Shown: positions 52,021 to 64,000, counted from the first letter of the stretch. The stretch: DNA of 64,000 bases from Camelus dromedarius (GCF_036321535.1 NC_087436.1:86244001-86308000); one strand, 5' to 3'. A program made the numbers and translations. The notes: generated by a model from the letters alone, not told the origin.

Positions 52021-52065
52021 CTGGGCTGGGCCGGGCTGGGCTGGGCTGGGCTGGGCTGGGCTGGG
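52021..52065 (+). repeat. (CTGGG)9 pentamer repeat, one unit CCGGG
   Basis: Read directly. Confidence 0.95.
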
Positions 52066-53113
52066 CTGCACTGAGAGGCCTTTCAGTTCATCACTGTGAG
52101 AAACGTGTGTCTGGGATGCGGGCTCAGAAATTTGGAGGTGGGGTGGCGGTGGAGCAGAGAACCATGGGGAGGAAGCCTCTTTTTTATCCCATGCATTTAA
52201 ATGCAAAAGGAAGAAATTCACCACAACTTAACTGAAAGAGAAATGCAGGGAAAAAGAGACTCCCTGTCGCCTCAAAATGCCTTTCCTTTGGGAGAGCACA
52301 GCTTTTAGCTAACATTTGAGCCCCTCAAATCCTCCCAGTAAGCTTAAACAGCTTTGGAAGTGAATTACCTGGTGTCACTGCTTAAAAACAGGGGCTTCTT
52401 GTCTTCGGCAGTGTGCTCTGGGGATTAAGCACCTTTAGCAGGCATCTATGTTAGCAGCAGCCTCCTCGTGTCTTTTCTTTTTGGAGTGTTACCAAGCTCC
52501 GTTCCAGGCAGGATAGTTCTGGAAAGGTCAGAAACAGACTAAGTGCCAAGTAGAGATTTCCCTCTGTTGGTGACTAAATCAGACCCTCTGCCATCTCCCA
52601 TAGAGGGGGAGTGAGGGCTCCCTTGTAAGCCTCTGTCTCCCCATCTCTGCCCAGCTTTCTGCTTAGGATTCCATGTGGACAGTCTCCGTGAAGACTTTGT
52701 AGTGAAACCATTTATCATTTAGGAGTCTCTTTCAAAAGTTTTACACTCACATCAAGAATCTGATAGGAGCAGGGATCCCCCAAATCTGTAGGATAGTAAA
52801 AAAAATTCATGCAGAATTACTACAGAGCTTTTTAAAAAAATTAATTAAAATTTTAATTTTAATTTTTACTACAGAGTTTCTTTTTATCTCAGTTTCTGGA
52901 ACAGCACATCCAGTCCTCAATGGGCCATCACAGTCATGGCTTGTCAAGGAAAACTTCAGGCCATTCCTGGGAAAAGGTTAAGAAGTAAAGATCTTGAAAA
53001 ATGTTTCCAAATATTTTCATTATGGTTCTTTGCAGCAATTGTGCAGGAGGTCCCTGGACACATTTCCTAGTAACATTGTCAGGGTGCAGAAGTGTTTGGA
53101 GATGGACCAAGTA

Positions 53114-53915
53114 TAGCCCACTCTCGTTTTTCACGGTAGTTATGCTCTAGAAAGTCTCTGAGCTCCAGGGGAAATACAGAGTTAGCTTCCTTCAAGCCTC
53201 TGGTCACAACAACATTTTCATCAGTCAGTCAATACATAACCTTGTCTCATGTGTGTTTCCATTTCCATGGATATTACCATATTTAGTACATACATAGTTG
53301 ATTGAGTCACACTGAACTCATGACCTACAGCACAATGGAAACTTCTGAAGGAAACTTCTCCAACACACGTATTTTCTCCTTAAGGCACGTCACAGCCTTC
53401 TTGCACTCAGGAACACTAGACAGCCCTTCAGCAACAGTTTGGGGGCCAGTAAGCCATGAGACCATCAACAAAGCACATGAGTGCAAACAACACAGAACTA
53501 CACAGAGGGAGGGCATAGCTCAGTGGTAGAGTGCATGCTTAGCATGCACGGTGTCCTGGGTTCAATCCCTTGGACTTCTATTGAAATAAATAAGCAAATA
53601 AATAAGCCTAATTACCCCCAAAACAAATGATAAGTAAAATATCTCTTAAAAGATAAATTAAAAAAAAAGAACATTAAAAAAAACCATGGAACTATATAGA
53701 CCATGGAAAGGACACTTGGAGATAGTCTGAGAGCTGAAACAAGAAGGCAGCACCTTGTTTAATGATGCTCTGGGTGGGACTCAAATTTTTCGCCACTCCA
53801 CATGATTGTGAATGACTGCAAAATTCCCACCGAGTGTTGGTTTGGGGTAACAAATGAATTTTAGTAGGCAGGTGAAGTCACAAATACAGGATCCACGAAT
53901 AATGAAGATCAACTA
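53114..53915 (-). mobile_element. MER82 (TcMar-Tigger) with both ends, interrupted by a SINE
   Basis: The ends match the recalled MER82 termini (...ggatccacgaataatgaagatcaact), with TA at 53112-53113 and 53916-53917. Internal text ttgcactcaggaacactagacagc also matches. Confidence 0.85.
53507..53683 (+). mobile_element. tRNA-Ala-derived SINE (camelid Vic-1 type)
   Basis: GGGAGGGCATAGCTCAGTGGTAGAGTGCATGCTTAGCATGCACGGTGTCCTGGGTTCAATCCC followed by an A-rich tail. Diverged TSD cacagaactacacaga / catggaactatataga. Confidence 0.88.
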
Positions 53916-54113
53916 TATATCCTTCAGGGTGAGATCTCATTACCCTGGGCCCTGTTCCACAGTGCTTCCCTGGTGTAAATTCATCGTTATTAGTCTGTTT
54001 CTAAAAAAGCAACAACCTCTGAGGAGGGAAACAAATGATCATTTGAATTATTTGTGTCTTTTGAATTTGTTTATCAGTTTCCTTGCTGGGAAACACCTAT
54101 CTGAGAGCAGATT

Positions 54114-54385
54114 TTTTTCCTCCTGTTGTTTTTATTTTATTGATGTATAGTTGATTTACAATGCATTAGTATCTGGTGTACAGCATAGTGATTCAGTTAT
54201 GCATATTCTTTTTCATACTCAGAAACAGTACAGGTTACTACAATCCATTGACTATAGTTCCCTGTGCTATACAGTAGGACCTTGTTTATCTGTGCTGTAC
54301 ATAGTAGTTTGTATCTGCTAATCCCAAACTCCCAGTTTATCCCTACCCACCATGCCCCAGGGGTAACCATAACTCTGTTTTTATG
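54114..54385 (-). mobile_element. 5'-truncated L1 3' end
   Basis: ttattgatgtatagttgatttacaatgc...ggtgtacagcatagtgattcagttat. TSD tgagagcagatt 54102-54113 / tgagaacagatt 54386-54397. Confidence 0.85.
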
Positions 54386-55289
54386 TGAGAACAGATTCAG
54401 AAAAGGCGGTATTTATGGGCTAGAAGGGATGAAAAAGAACTGTAAACACAGAGACAGCAAACTATTAAGGCAAACTCTAACGTTAGAGTCTGTGTTCATT
54501 CTCCCTGGAGGATGGCGGGACACTGGAAGTCCGCCTTTCCACGGCCAGAGTGCTACCCTGTCCAGCTCTCTTCCCACCATCCCCCCTCCACTCCCCTCCT
54601 CCCTTGACAATTTGCCAGAATTCAACTGACTTGCTCAATACTTTGTCCTCAGTCAGCCAGAACCGTTCTCCCCAAATGCCACTGATTTTCTCACTTATGA
54701 AAACACTTCCTGCTTATCACTGGGGCTGGAAACATCTGTTCCAAGACCAGGTTTCAGTCGATCTGATGCAATAACAATTTCTGAGCTTCCAAACTGTGAG
54801 CCGCTGAGTGAGTTGAATCTGAACAGGCAGGTGGAGGGTAGATGAGGATCCTCTTTTTACTTCTCAATCTGCACTCTGACATCTTTGTCTCCTCACTTGG
54901 ACCACAGCTTTATGAATGAACCGTGGACTCCTTGGCTTCGGGCTAGACTTCCTGGCTTCCGTCCCTGCCTTGTGACTGACCTCTGCCCTCAGAATTCTCC
55001 GTGGTCCTGTCCTGATTTTCCAGTTTCCTGACCTTTTGGTTGGCTTGATCTCTAGCAGCCCCAGGCTCCCTAACCCCCAGCTTTCCTGCTCAGCTGCTTC
55101 CAAATGCAGCTAACAACCCATAGATATTGTACCCTCTCCACCCTCAATGTGCTGCTCCGATGGTTCAAGTCTCTGGATGGGTCTGGATCCCAGCCCCAGC
55201 ACAGAGCATTCTGCCAAATGAGTTAAACCAAGGAGAATTCAGGACTGAGCGAAGAGCCTTGCTAGTTTCTGCATCATGGGTGCTTAATA

Positions 55290-55475
55290 TTCTTCTGGGT
55301 TGATGATAATCATAGGATATTAGAGCCAGACATGACAATATAGTTCCTCGTGTCAAAGATAAAAAAAACTGAGACTCGGAAGTATAAAGGAACTTGCTCA
55401 GAGTCATGGAGCTGTTCAGTAAAAGGGTGGGACTAGAACCCATGTCACCTGATCCAAATTCAGTGCCTGGGCCAT
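55290..55475 (-). mobile_element. MIR SINE
   Basis: aaactgagactcggaagtataaaggaacttgctcagagtcatggagctg...gggactagaaccca. Confidence 0.7.
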
Positions 55476-55604
55476 CATACTGTATGGCTTCTCCTATTTA
55501 GCTTTTCCTATGAGAAAAGGAAGATTACGCCGCTTATATAATCCAAGTTTAAGTGCAGATAATAGAGACCACTTCTGGTGGTTTAAGCAGAAAGGGATTT
55601 TTTA

Positions 55605-55804
55605 AAATATATTTTTATTGAAGTGCAGTCAGTTTACAATGCTATGTCAATTTCTGGTGTACAGCACAACACTTGTCACAGAGGAACATCCATATATTCG
55701 TTCTCATATTCTTGTCCACCATAGGTTACTACAAGATATTGAATATGGTTTCCTGTGCGATACAGTATAAACTTGTTTTATCTATTTTACATATAGTAGT
55801 TAGT
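55605..55804 (-). mobile_element. 5'-truncated L1 3' end, probably inside an old MLT1-like LTR
   Basis: ttttattgaagtgcagtcagtttacaatgctatgtcaatttctggtgtacagcac. Confidence 0.8.
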
Positions 55805-57482
55805 TGGGAACCGGGTGTTACAGCATTGCTGGGAGGGCTGGAGGAGTGGCTGTAGGCTGGTCTCTGGGAGCGGTTCCTAGGAGGGCACTGTAGAACTAGC
55901 CTGTGTGGGGAACTAACTACTTTACTTATTCCAAAGGAAAACGTTTCACCTACCCTGTGTCCTAGAGGTTTGGTAACTGTTTGACTGAATGACTGAATGA
56001 ATGAGTGACGGCCGAAAGAGTAGTTTCTTCCTGCTGGTTTTCACGTGTCACATAGATGAGGATCTCTGTAATCTGTCACTTTGGGCTCCACACCTTTTAC
56101 ATGTTTGGTGCATCTGTGGTCTTTGTGATTGGTGTGGCTGCATGTCGAGGGTGTGGGGCAAATGACTTCTCAACCTCCTGTCATAGATGTCAGATTCTTG
56201 AAGTGACTCCCTTCGGAGCCACTGAAAAGCCAGTTTTGCCTTAGGGTCTAGAAGAGACAACCAGCTCACACGTGGGGCTGAGCTTGCTGCTGGATTTGTC
56301 TTCCCTCCTCCAGGTAGTCCCTTCTACCAGTGAGGAAATCGTCCCTGGGAGATGATGGAATTCAAGTCTCATGGGCACCGAGGACCACAGCCTCTCTCCA
56401 GATGGGCCCTCCTGGGATTTGGGACACAGCCAGAATCAGAGCTCTGACCATTCAGTCTCATGACAGTCCTTTCCTGTGGAAATGACCAGATGTCTAGTCC
56501 TCCAGCTTCAGCTAGTGTGTGGTCTCCTTTGGTTTTTAATCATTCTGGCAAATGCATTCAGAAATACAGTTCTGAGAATGAGGTGATGAGTAGTCATGTA
56601 TTCACACTGGAGTACATACAAGAGCTGAGCAAATGAGTGACACTCATGGCGGGGGACAGCCCCTCAAAGGGAAGGAGATGGCCGAGGGAAGTCTCGGGTC
56701 GGCATGCACCTGCCTGGGCAGGGCTGCAGCGCAGGAACAGAGGAGGGAAGTATGACTTCGAGCTCCCATGGAGGAATAGGTGGGCATCTCCTCTGACTCG
56801 CACAATTACTTAGCCAAGTGGCTGTTTTCATCCCACAAGGCCTCAAATCCCCGAATGGCCCTGGAGTTAAGGCCCCAAGTGGGATCTTGAAACCAGATCT
56901 CCACCTAGCATTGTCTCTAGGTTGGGTAAAGTCTCTGTCTCACACATCAAAGGCCCTCCTCTCTTCAAGGTGTAGGTCAATACCATTGAGGCCAGTAAAA
57001 CACATTCAGAGTGTGACTGAATGGAGAGAATGGAGCCCTCTGGTGTCATATGTTTTTCAATCAAGGATTTTAAAATATATCATTATTCTCATGTTTGGGG
57101 GGGCGTCCCACAATTTTTTTAGGTACATAAAGGCTACTTACCATCACTAAAAAGTGCAAGGCTTCATGGATGTAGATGCCATGATTCAGATGATGGAAAC
57201 TTCCTTCCCACTCTCTGTCCTCAGAGCTCAGTCAGAGGCCTTCCACCCTGTGCAGCGAGGAGCCCAGCCAGCTTTGAGGGTCATAACAAACAGGTGCCTC
57301 CATTTACTGAAGGCTTACCGCCTGCCAGGCACTGGGCAGTACATAAATTATCCTACTTAATCCTCATGACAATGCGGTGAGGCATTACCATTCACTTTAC
57401 AGATGAAGAAACTGAGGTTGGATGGAGTTCCTTGCCCAAAGTCAAGCTGTGAGTAAGTGATGGGTCTGGGCTATTGTAACTT

Positions 57483-57989
57483 CATTTATTTATTTGTTTT
57501 ATTGAAGTATCATCAATTTATAATGTTGTGTTAATTTCTGGTGTACAGCATAGTGATTCAGTTATATACATGTAACATATATTTATATTCCTTTTCATAT
57601 TCTTTTTCATTATAGGCCATTACAAGGTATTGAACATAGTTTCCTGTTATACAGTAGGACCTCGTTATTTATTTTACATATAGTAGTTAGTATCTGCAAA
57701 TCCTGAACTCCCAATTTATCCCGCCACCTCTCCCTTTCCCCCCGGTAATCACAAGTTTGTTTTCTATGTCTGTGAGAGTCTGTCTCTGTTTTGCAAATAA
57801 GTTCATCTATGTTCTTTTTTTTTTTTTTTTTTTTTCAGATTCCACATATAAATGATGTCACATGGTATTTTTCTTTCTCTTTCTGGCTCACCTCACTTAG
57901 TATGATAACCTCCAGGTCCATCCCTCTTGCTGCAAATGACATTATTTTCTCCTTTTTTATGGCTAAGTAGTATTGCGTTGTTTATCTAC
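57483..57989 (-). mobile_element. 5'-truncated L1 with a perfect 15-bp TSD, inserted in a MIR (~57290-58030)
   Basis: TSD GGGCTATTGTAACTT at 57468-57482 and 57990-58004, with L1 3' UTR text in between. Confidence 0.92.
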
Positions 57990-58294
57990 GGGCTATTGTA
58001 ACTTTAAATCTCACATTCCTAACTGCCATCTTCTACTCCGTCCACCAGGCACTGCGCTCAGCACTAGGCACTTCCTGGCCTGGAAGTGGAGTGGCTGGTC
58101 AAAGAGTATGCACAGTTTCATCTTTAGCAGGAGTGGCTCGAGACCCAGGAAAAAGCTAACATTTCTGTTTGAGTTTGACCACAGGGTAAAAGGCGATGCT
58201 CTGGTTCAAAGACCACCAGGCAGGAAGAATTCTCTTACTTCTGTTCTATTCAGGCCTTCAGGTGATTGAATGAATCCTCATTTTGATCCCACAT

Positions 58295-58636
58295 TAGTAC
58301 TTACGACGGCTGATCATCAGATATGCTGTTTCTGCCTTTTGAGCACATAGTAAGGTTGTAATTCTTAGTTCCCCCCACTCCTTGGTGTTGGTTAGGGCCA
58401 GGTGATGAGTTCAAGGTCAAGCTCTTCATTGCTGTTTTGAGACCCTCCAAGGCTCTTTTTCCTCTCTGCTACCATTGCAGATGGTGGGGGCTTCATCGTC
58501 TATTTTCCAAGATAACTCATGACAGATACACAGCAGTACAAGCAAGAGACAGACATTTGTCATTTTTAAGCCACTGATAAATAAATCTTAGGAGTTTGGT
58601 ATTGGAAAATAACACTGACTATCCTGACTGAAACAT
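58295..58636 (+). mobile_element. Old MLT1 (I/J-like) LTR, preceded by an MLT2-like fragment (~58170-58290)
   Basis: Ends ttttaagccactga...ctatcctgactgaaaca. The upstream ctgttctattcaggccttcaggtgattgaatga is MLT2-like. Confidence 0.6.
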
Positions 58637-59939
58637 TCTCTTTGGAAAGGGCGGCTGGGAGGGGTGCTCTCCAGAAAGCCTCCTTGCCCTCTATGCAGAA
58701 AGCCATTGTGCTTGCACAGAAACACCCCGTCCTAGCCCCATTCTGTCGTTTTCTGGGAGTACTTAAGGTGACAGTCTACCTCATGCTTTCTGTTTTTAAG
58801 ATGGCCAATTCAAAGTCAGAATCTTGCAAACCAAGCTTCAACCCAAAGGTGTTAATGATCAATTTCCATGAAATATTTCAGATTGTTCTAGAAGATCCAG
58901 CCTCACCTTATCCAGAATGAGATTTACTCACATGACAGCTGCACTAGTTACCCACCCCTCAAAAAAAGGAATCATGAAACATTGCTGAACAGTTATTAAA
59001 GAGTATCTCGTCCCTAATGGTGAATTCATTTTCATTTAATAACAAGTTATTGTGAAGTATAATGAAAAATGGAGTGGCATGCAGAATAAGCTGGTCTCTG
59101 TTTCCATTGACATTGTGCCAGTTTCTGGGGTGCAGCGTTAACATACGATCCATCTTCATAAAGCGCTCCTCAGAAGGCATTATTAAGCAGCGGGAAGGAA
59201 GGGTGGATGACAGCTTCATTAGTCATGACTAGGTAATCCTGGCCAATTTCTCCTGGGAATTATTAACACATTCCTAAACACCCCTGGCTTGATGGCATCC
59301 AAAAAAGAAGAGGAGGAGATCAGTTATAAGATCTTGGATGTTATCCAAATCTGGCCACAAAACTGAGCTGAAGAAGGTCACACAGCAGTCACTTTTTCCC
59401 AGAGCTTTTTGGAATGCTCCTGGGGCATGGGACCTTCTGGGCCAGGATGGACAAGACCTCGACTTTTGCCCAGTGCCGAATACCTAATGGAGAGAGAAGA
59501 GCGGGTTGATAGACAAATTTAAGGCTATATTGCCTGATAAATGAATTAGCCTTAAATTCACTCCTGTCACTGGCTGGAAAACGGGAACTCCAAGAAAGTG
59601 TCTTGAGAGCCCAGCAAATGCACAAGAAACACCAGAGCTGGAGAGGTTCCTGTGAATCCTGGCAACCAGGGGAGGAGGGGAATTCCACGTTCGCCAAAGA
59701 TTACCTAATCCCCCAGAGCTTGAAGGCTCGGCCTGGAGGCTTGAAGGACAAGGTGGCTCCTGCCAGCCAAGATTTCCCATGTTTTTGCAACCATCTCTAG
59801 TGATGCTGCCTTTTCAGTTTCTCCATGAGTCAGCTGGGTGGGGCTGGCAAGGGGGCTGGTAGGGAAATGGTTTATTCTGCAGGTCAACAGTTTTAACTGT
59901 GGATTGAGACTCCGGGTTAACGATGTTTTGGAAGCTCTT

Positions 59940-60150
59940 AGGAATTGGAATGGGACTTTGAGCTCAAATCTTTGCTCAGCCACTTCCCAGCTGTGGGATC
60001 TTGGACAAGTTTATTAACCTCTCTCAGCCTTAGTTTCCCCATCTGCAAAACAGGGATAATGAGATCTATCTGAGATCTATCTCATAGGGTTCTGTGAGGA
60101 TTGATTAACATAATTACACAAAGGACTTGGCAGAGTGCCTCAGTAAGCCT
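59940..60150 (+). mobile_element. MIR SINE with an internal 11-bp duplication (tgagatctatc)
   Basis: gctcaaatctttgctcagccacttcccagctgtgggatcttggacaagtttattaacctctctcagccttagtttccccatctgcaaaacaggg. Confidence 0.88.
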
Positions 60151-60299
60151 TTCTTCCATTACATGCCTATATGTAAGCTATGTCCTGCTTAAAAAAAAAA
60201 AATTAATCAGATTTATAGGAAAGAAAAATTAGTATGAGTTGTTTATATTGTACTGCCCACTGACCCCAACTAAATTATAAGCTCTTGTTTCCATTTACT

Positions 60300-61232
60300 C
60301 TTTTAAATTTTATTATTATTTTTTAAATTGAAGTATAGTTGATTTACAACATTGTGTTGGATTCTGGTGTACAGCAGAGTGATTCAGTTATACATATATA
60401 TACATATTCTTTTCTATTATGGCTTATCACAGGATATTGTATAGTTCCCTGGTCTATACAGGAGGACCTTGCTGTTTATCTATTTTGTATACAGTAGTTT
60501 GTATCTGCTAATCCCAAACTTAATTTATCCCTCCCCTATCCCCTTTCCCCTTTAGTAATCATAAGTTTGTTTTCAATGTCTACAAGTCTGTTTCTGTTTC
60601 TGTTAATAAGTCCATTTTTGTCATTTTTTTAGATTCCACATATAAGTGATATCATATGGTATTTGTTTTTATCTATCTGACTTACTTCACTTCGTATGAT
60701 AATCTCTAGGTCTATCCATGTTGCTGCAAATGGTATTATTTTATTCTTTTTTATGGCAGAGTAGTATTCCATTGTATAAATATACCACAACTTCTTTATC
60801 CAGTCATCTGTCGATGGACATTTAGGTTATTTCTATGTCTTCACTGTTGTAAATAGTGCTGCTATGAACATTTGGGTGCATGTATCTTTTTCAATTAGTT
60901 TTCTCTGGATATATGCCCAGGAGTGGGATTGCTGGTCATATGACAACTCTATTTTTAGCTTTTTAAGGAAACTTCATACTGTTTTCCATAGTGGCTGCAC
61001 CAATTTACATTTTTGTCAACAGTGTAGGAGGGTTCCTTTTTCTCCACACCCTCTCCATCATTTGTTATTTGTAGACTTTTGAATGATAGTCATTCTGACT
61101 GATGTGAGGTGGTGCCTCATTGTAGTTTTGATTTGCATTTCTCTGATAATTAGCGATGCTGCACATCTTTTCATGTGCCTATTGGCCACCTGTATGTCTT
61201 CTTTGGGGAAATGTCTATTTAGGTCTTCTGCT
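60300..61232 (-). mobile_element. 5'-truncated L1 with 3' UTR and a disrupted ORF2 C-terminus
   Basis: The minus strand gives ...[36 protein letters not shown], the L1 ORF2 C-terminal domain with stops. Probable TSD CATTTACT at 60292-60299 and 61233-61240. Confidence 0.92.
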
Positions 61233-61249
61233 CATTTACTTGAAAAGAA

Positions 61250-61440
61250 GAGCAGTGATACAAAAACATTTATAGGTCACCAGACCCTGGTTTAAATTTC
61301 ACATCAACTCTATTGTTGTCCCCATTTTCCAGATGAGAAAACTGAGGTGTGGAAGAGGGGAAAGTTGCCCAAGGTCACACCGGCAGGAACTTTTGGAGCT
61401 GATATTTGAAACCAGGTAGTCTGCCTGCAGATTCTGTCCT
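61250..61440 (-). mobile_element. MIR SINE
   Basis: ccccattttccagatgagaaaactgagg...ttgcccaaggtcacac...atttgaaaccaggtagtctg. Confidence 0.85.
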
Positions 61441-63559
61441 CACATCATGGCTATGCCCATGAATCTTTGTTGAACTGGACTGAATCTAGTAGAGAATTCC
61501 TATTTAAACAGCAAGCTTCCTAAGGGCACTTAAATGTTTACAAATTGCTGTCTGAAGATGTTTTCTCAGCTACTCTGTGCAAAGCTAAAGCCTACTCATC
61601 CTCAAGTTCTAGACCCTTCAGAAGTTGCCCTGGATTTGTTCTATCTGCTCTTTCAACAGTCTTAGCCTCAGTCCTTACCACCCACTCAGAGCATTCAAAT
61701 CATTTATTAATGGCTCCCAAGAAGATGAAAGAGAGTGTCAGCTACAGAGGGTGCCAGAGAGAAACAGGTAGAAAGAACAGAAGCCAAAAAAGAGAAAGAG
61801 GCAGGGGTAGGGGGGTGTGGGAGGAAGATAACAAGACAAGGAAGAACTACAGGTGCTTAAATCTCAAGACGGATTTTACTTTTAAGGATTCTGTATCATA
61901 AAAACTGACTTTTTATTGTCTGATTTTTTTTTCCCTGCTGCCTCTGCCTTTTGTGAAACAGTGATGTGTTTTCACTTTAGCCATCATGGAAGAATCTTAT
62001 TTTTAGTGATTCCTGACACCAACTAAATTTGTAGCAATGATAATTGTGATAACTTTTAAAGTATTTTCTTTGAAATCAAGTTAAGAATATCCTTTTCTTG
62101 GTTTGACAGCATTTGGAAGCTATTTCAATGATTTTGTTTCTATTAAAAAGTATTAATGATTTTTAATCCAAGTGGAACTTAGTACTAATTATGATCAATT
62201 TGGTAAATATGTATTAAGTGCTTACTATATATGTGGCACTGTGCCATGCTCCAGGCACAGACTGAATAAAGATCACCTCTGATCTTGCTGGAGCCTCTAG
62301 TCTAGCCGGGGCTCCTTAGACTGGGGGCACTGGTCTCTCTATTGGAAGTTTGCCTGTGTGGGCTCCCCTCCATGCAGTAGCCTGACTCGGTAGATGATTC
62401 TGATGCATCTTCATGTTCAAGACACCCTGGTGGAGGGCAGGTACCATTGGTACCCATCGCACACCTCAGCTTGAGGAGTTATCCAGGACTTTGAGAACTC
62501 CGGAGACACCTCAGCTACCCTCTCCCTGCACGCAGCTCCTCCGGAGTCCAGGCAGGCTCCACCCTGAAGGGTGGTGTGAATGGGCTAGATCCGGAGACAG
62601 GTCAGTTTATATCACAACCGATAAGAGCTAAGTATTCTTGCTAAAAATTCTAGAGGCCCAGAATTAACCTTGGGTCATGGGGAAACATCTTAATTTTAGA
62701 GTTTTTAAAATCTGAAAAATTTGATTGGAAAAAAAACTATTTTTTTCATGCCTAACTTACCTCCTGACTCGCATAAGAATGAGAGAAGTCAGAAATCTTG
62801 TCTTCTTAAATCAAACCTTTATATCTCTGGAAATGCCAAATATAGTAAGCACATAAGTGACCTGATAATACAGAATGCACTCTTGTGCTTCTGAACCAGC
62901 CAAGTGCCAATGGGAGAATAGTCCCTAAATTCCAATTGTTTCCCACTCCATGGCTGCAAATTTCTGCAAACTGTTTCTGTGGCGATATTCCTGCCCCACC
63001 TTATTTTTTTCCCTCCAAAATAAAACGAAAACAATGATTCAAATGACTGGCTCTTCATTTCTAAGTAGCTTGGGTGAGGTCACTCCAGTGAGTTTTACTT
63101 TACACAATTTGAATCAAGTCAATCTGAAAAACAAGAGCAAGATTAAGCAATAATGGAGATTCATGTGTGTGTATGTGTGTGTGTGTTAGGGGTGGGTAAT
63201 TGGAACCATTTTTATAGAGCAGTGAGTAGTTAATAGACAGGCTAGTTGGTGATACCTTTCCATCGTATTTGAACTTATTATGTCAATGAGCCATCTTGAG
63301 CACTGGCTGTGCATATTACCCTATTCTAAGGGCATAAGAATTATTTTCCTACATAGCATGCAAACTCCTCAAGGAAAGATAGAGATTGTGTCTTTTTTTC
63401 TTATCTCCTCATGGAAAAAGGGGCCGAGGAGGTGAAAAGGGGTCGAGGGGAAGGAGGTGGGATTTTGGAGATAAGGACCTAGCCGTGCATGTTCAAGCAG
63501 TGTGATTTTTAGCACGGTGAAGATGCAGGTCAGTGAAACTGGCTAGAGAGCTGGCCATG

Positions 63560-63712
63560 GATCTAAAAATATATGATAATTGAATAAAAGATTATGTGAG
63601 CATCACAAAGGGAAAGGGAGAATTATTCAATAAATGATTTTGTATACAAAGACTAAAATTAGATAAAAAGCACTTTAGATTCATACCTGAAACCATACCC
63701 TGAAATGAGTTT
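63560..63712 (+). mobile_element. Ancient L1M ORF2 remnant
   Basis: gggaaagggagaattattcaataaatga...ttagattcatacctgaaaccatac resembles the GKDGLFNKW...LDPYLTPY region. Confidence 0.45.
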
Positions 63713-64000
63713 AACCTGGCACTTGATCATTGTTCCTTAACCTTCTCTCTTTCTATGTGCCCATGTTCAGAGGCTCCCCCAGGCCCTACCCTGAGGCAGC
63801 GGATCAGCGGTGTGGCTGCTTTCGTACAAGTAAAGCATCACCAGTGCTACAGCAGTGGGATGACCCAGGAACGAACCCAGCTGAATTCTAGAGTGATGTG
63901 GTATTTGGGTAAAGGATAAACTGCAAATTGACTAGACCTCAGCTCGTGGGAAACCAAAAGAGGATAATCGCATTTATGATCTGGAAGGACAGGGGCATTT

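Larger units (their letters stand above)
50600..52150. promoter_or_regulatory. GC/CpG-rich island-like region with a CCAAT box and a GC box
   Basis: AGCCAATCAG 50985-50994, GGGGGGCGGGGGGG 51006-51019, and many CpGs in 51310-52070. No associated CDS is recognisable. Confidence 0.5.

Noticed and set aside
60864..61295. 72-aa and 70-aa ORFs on the + strand
   Set aside because: They are antisense translations of the L1 ORF2 end, a common artefact.
1..64000. CRISPR arrays, prokaryotic operons, rRNA, snoRNA or miRNA genes, intact autonomous transposons
   Set aside because: I saw no repeat-spacer array, long intact ORF or recognisable structured RNA. An Rfam/Infernal scan would be needed to exclude small RNAs formally.

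Overview
Mammalian genomic DNA, most likely a camelid: it has two tRNA-Ala-derived Vic-1-type SINEs, and I recognised no Alu, BovB, PRE-1 or Can-SINE. The only protein-coding sequence I can support is the last three coding exons of CHIC2 on the + strand (11917-11973, 12140-12199, 15444-15494; TRRSIEKLLEWENNRLYHK / LCLHWRLSKRKCETNNMMEY / VILIEFLPKTPIFRPD*). Bases 1-11916 are the distal part of the long preceding intron. The 3' UTR and about 47 kb of gene-free downstream sequence follow. The first ~29 kb is AT-rich, and ~6-29 kb is poor in transposons and carries several motif-dense blocks that look like developmental enhancers. The rest is rich in MIR, L2, L1, LTR and DNA-transposon relics, with a CpG-rich, promoter-like domain at ~48.6-52.2 kb. 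None of the ORF-track entries is a credible gene. I do not see a clearly new biological system. The best leads are regulatory: a candidate GSX2-region enhancer in the CHIC2 intron, an in-frame 'poison' alternative acceptor, a readthrough-like stop context, alternative polyadenylation, and an orphan CpG promoter module. Repeat family names come from recalled consensus sequences, and boundaries are approximate unless target-site duplications (TSDs) are given.
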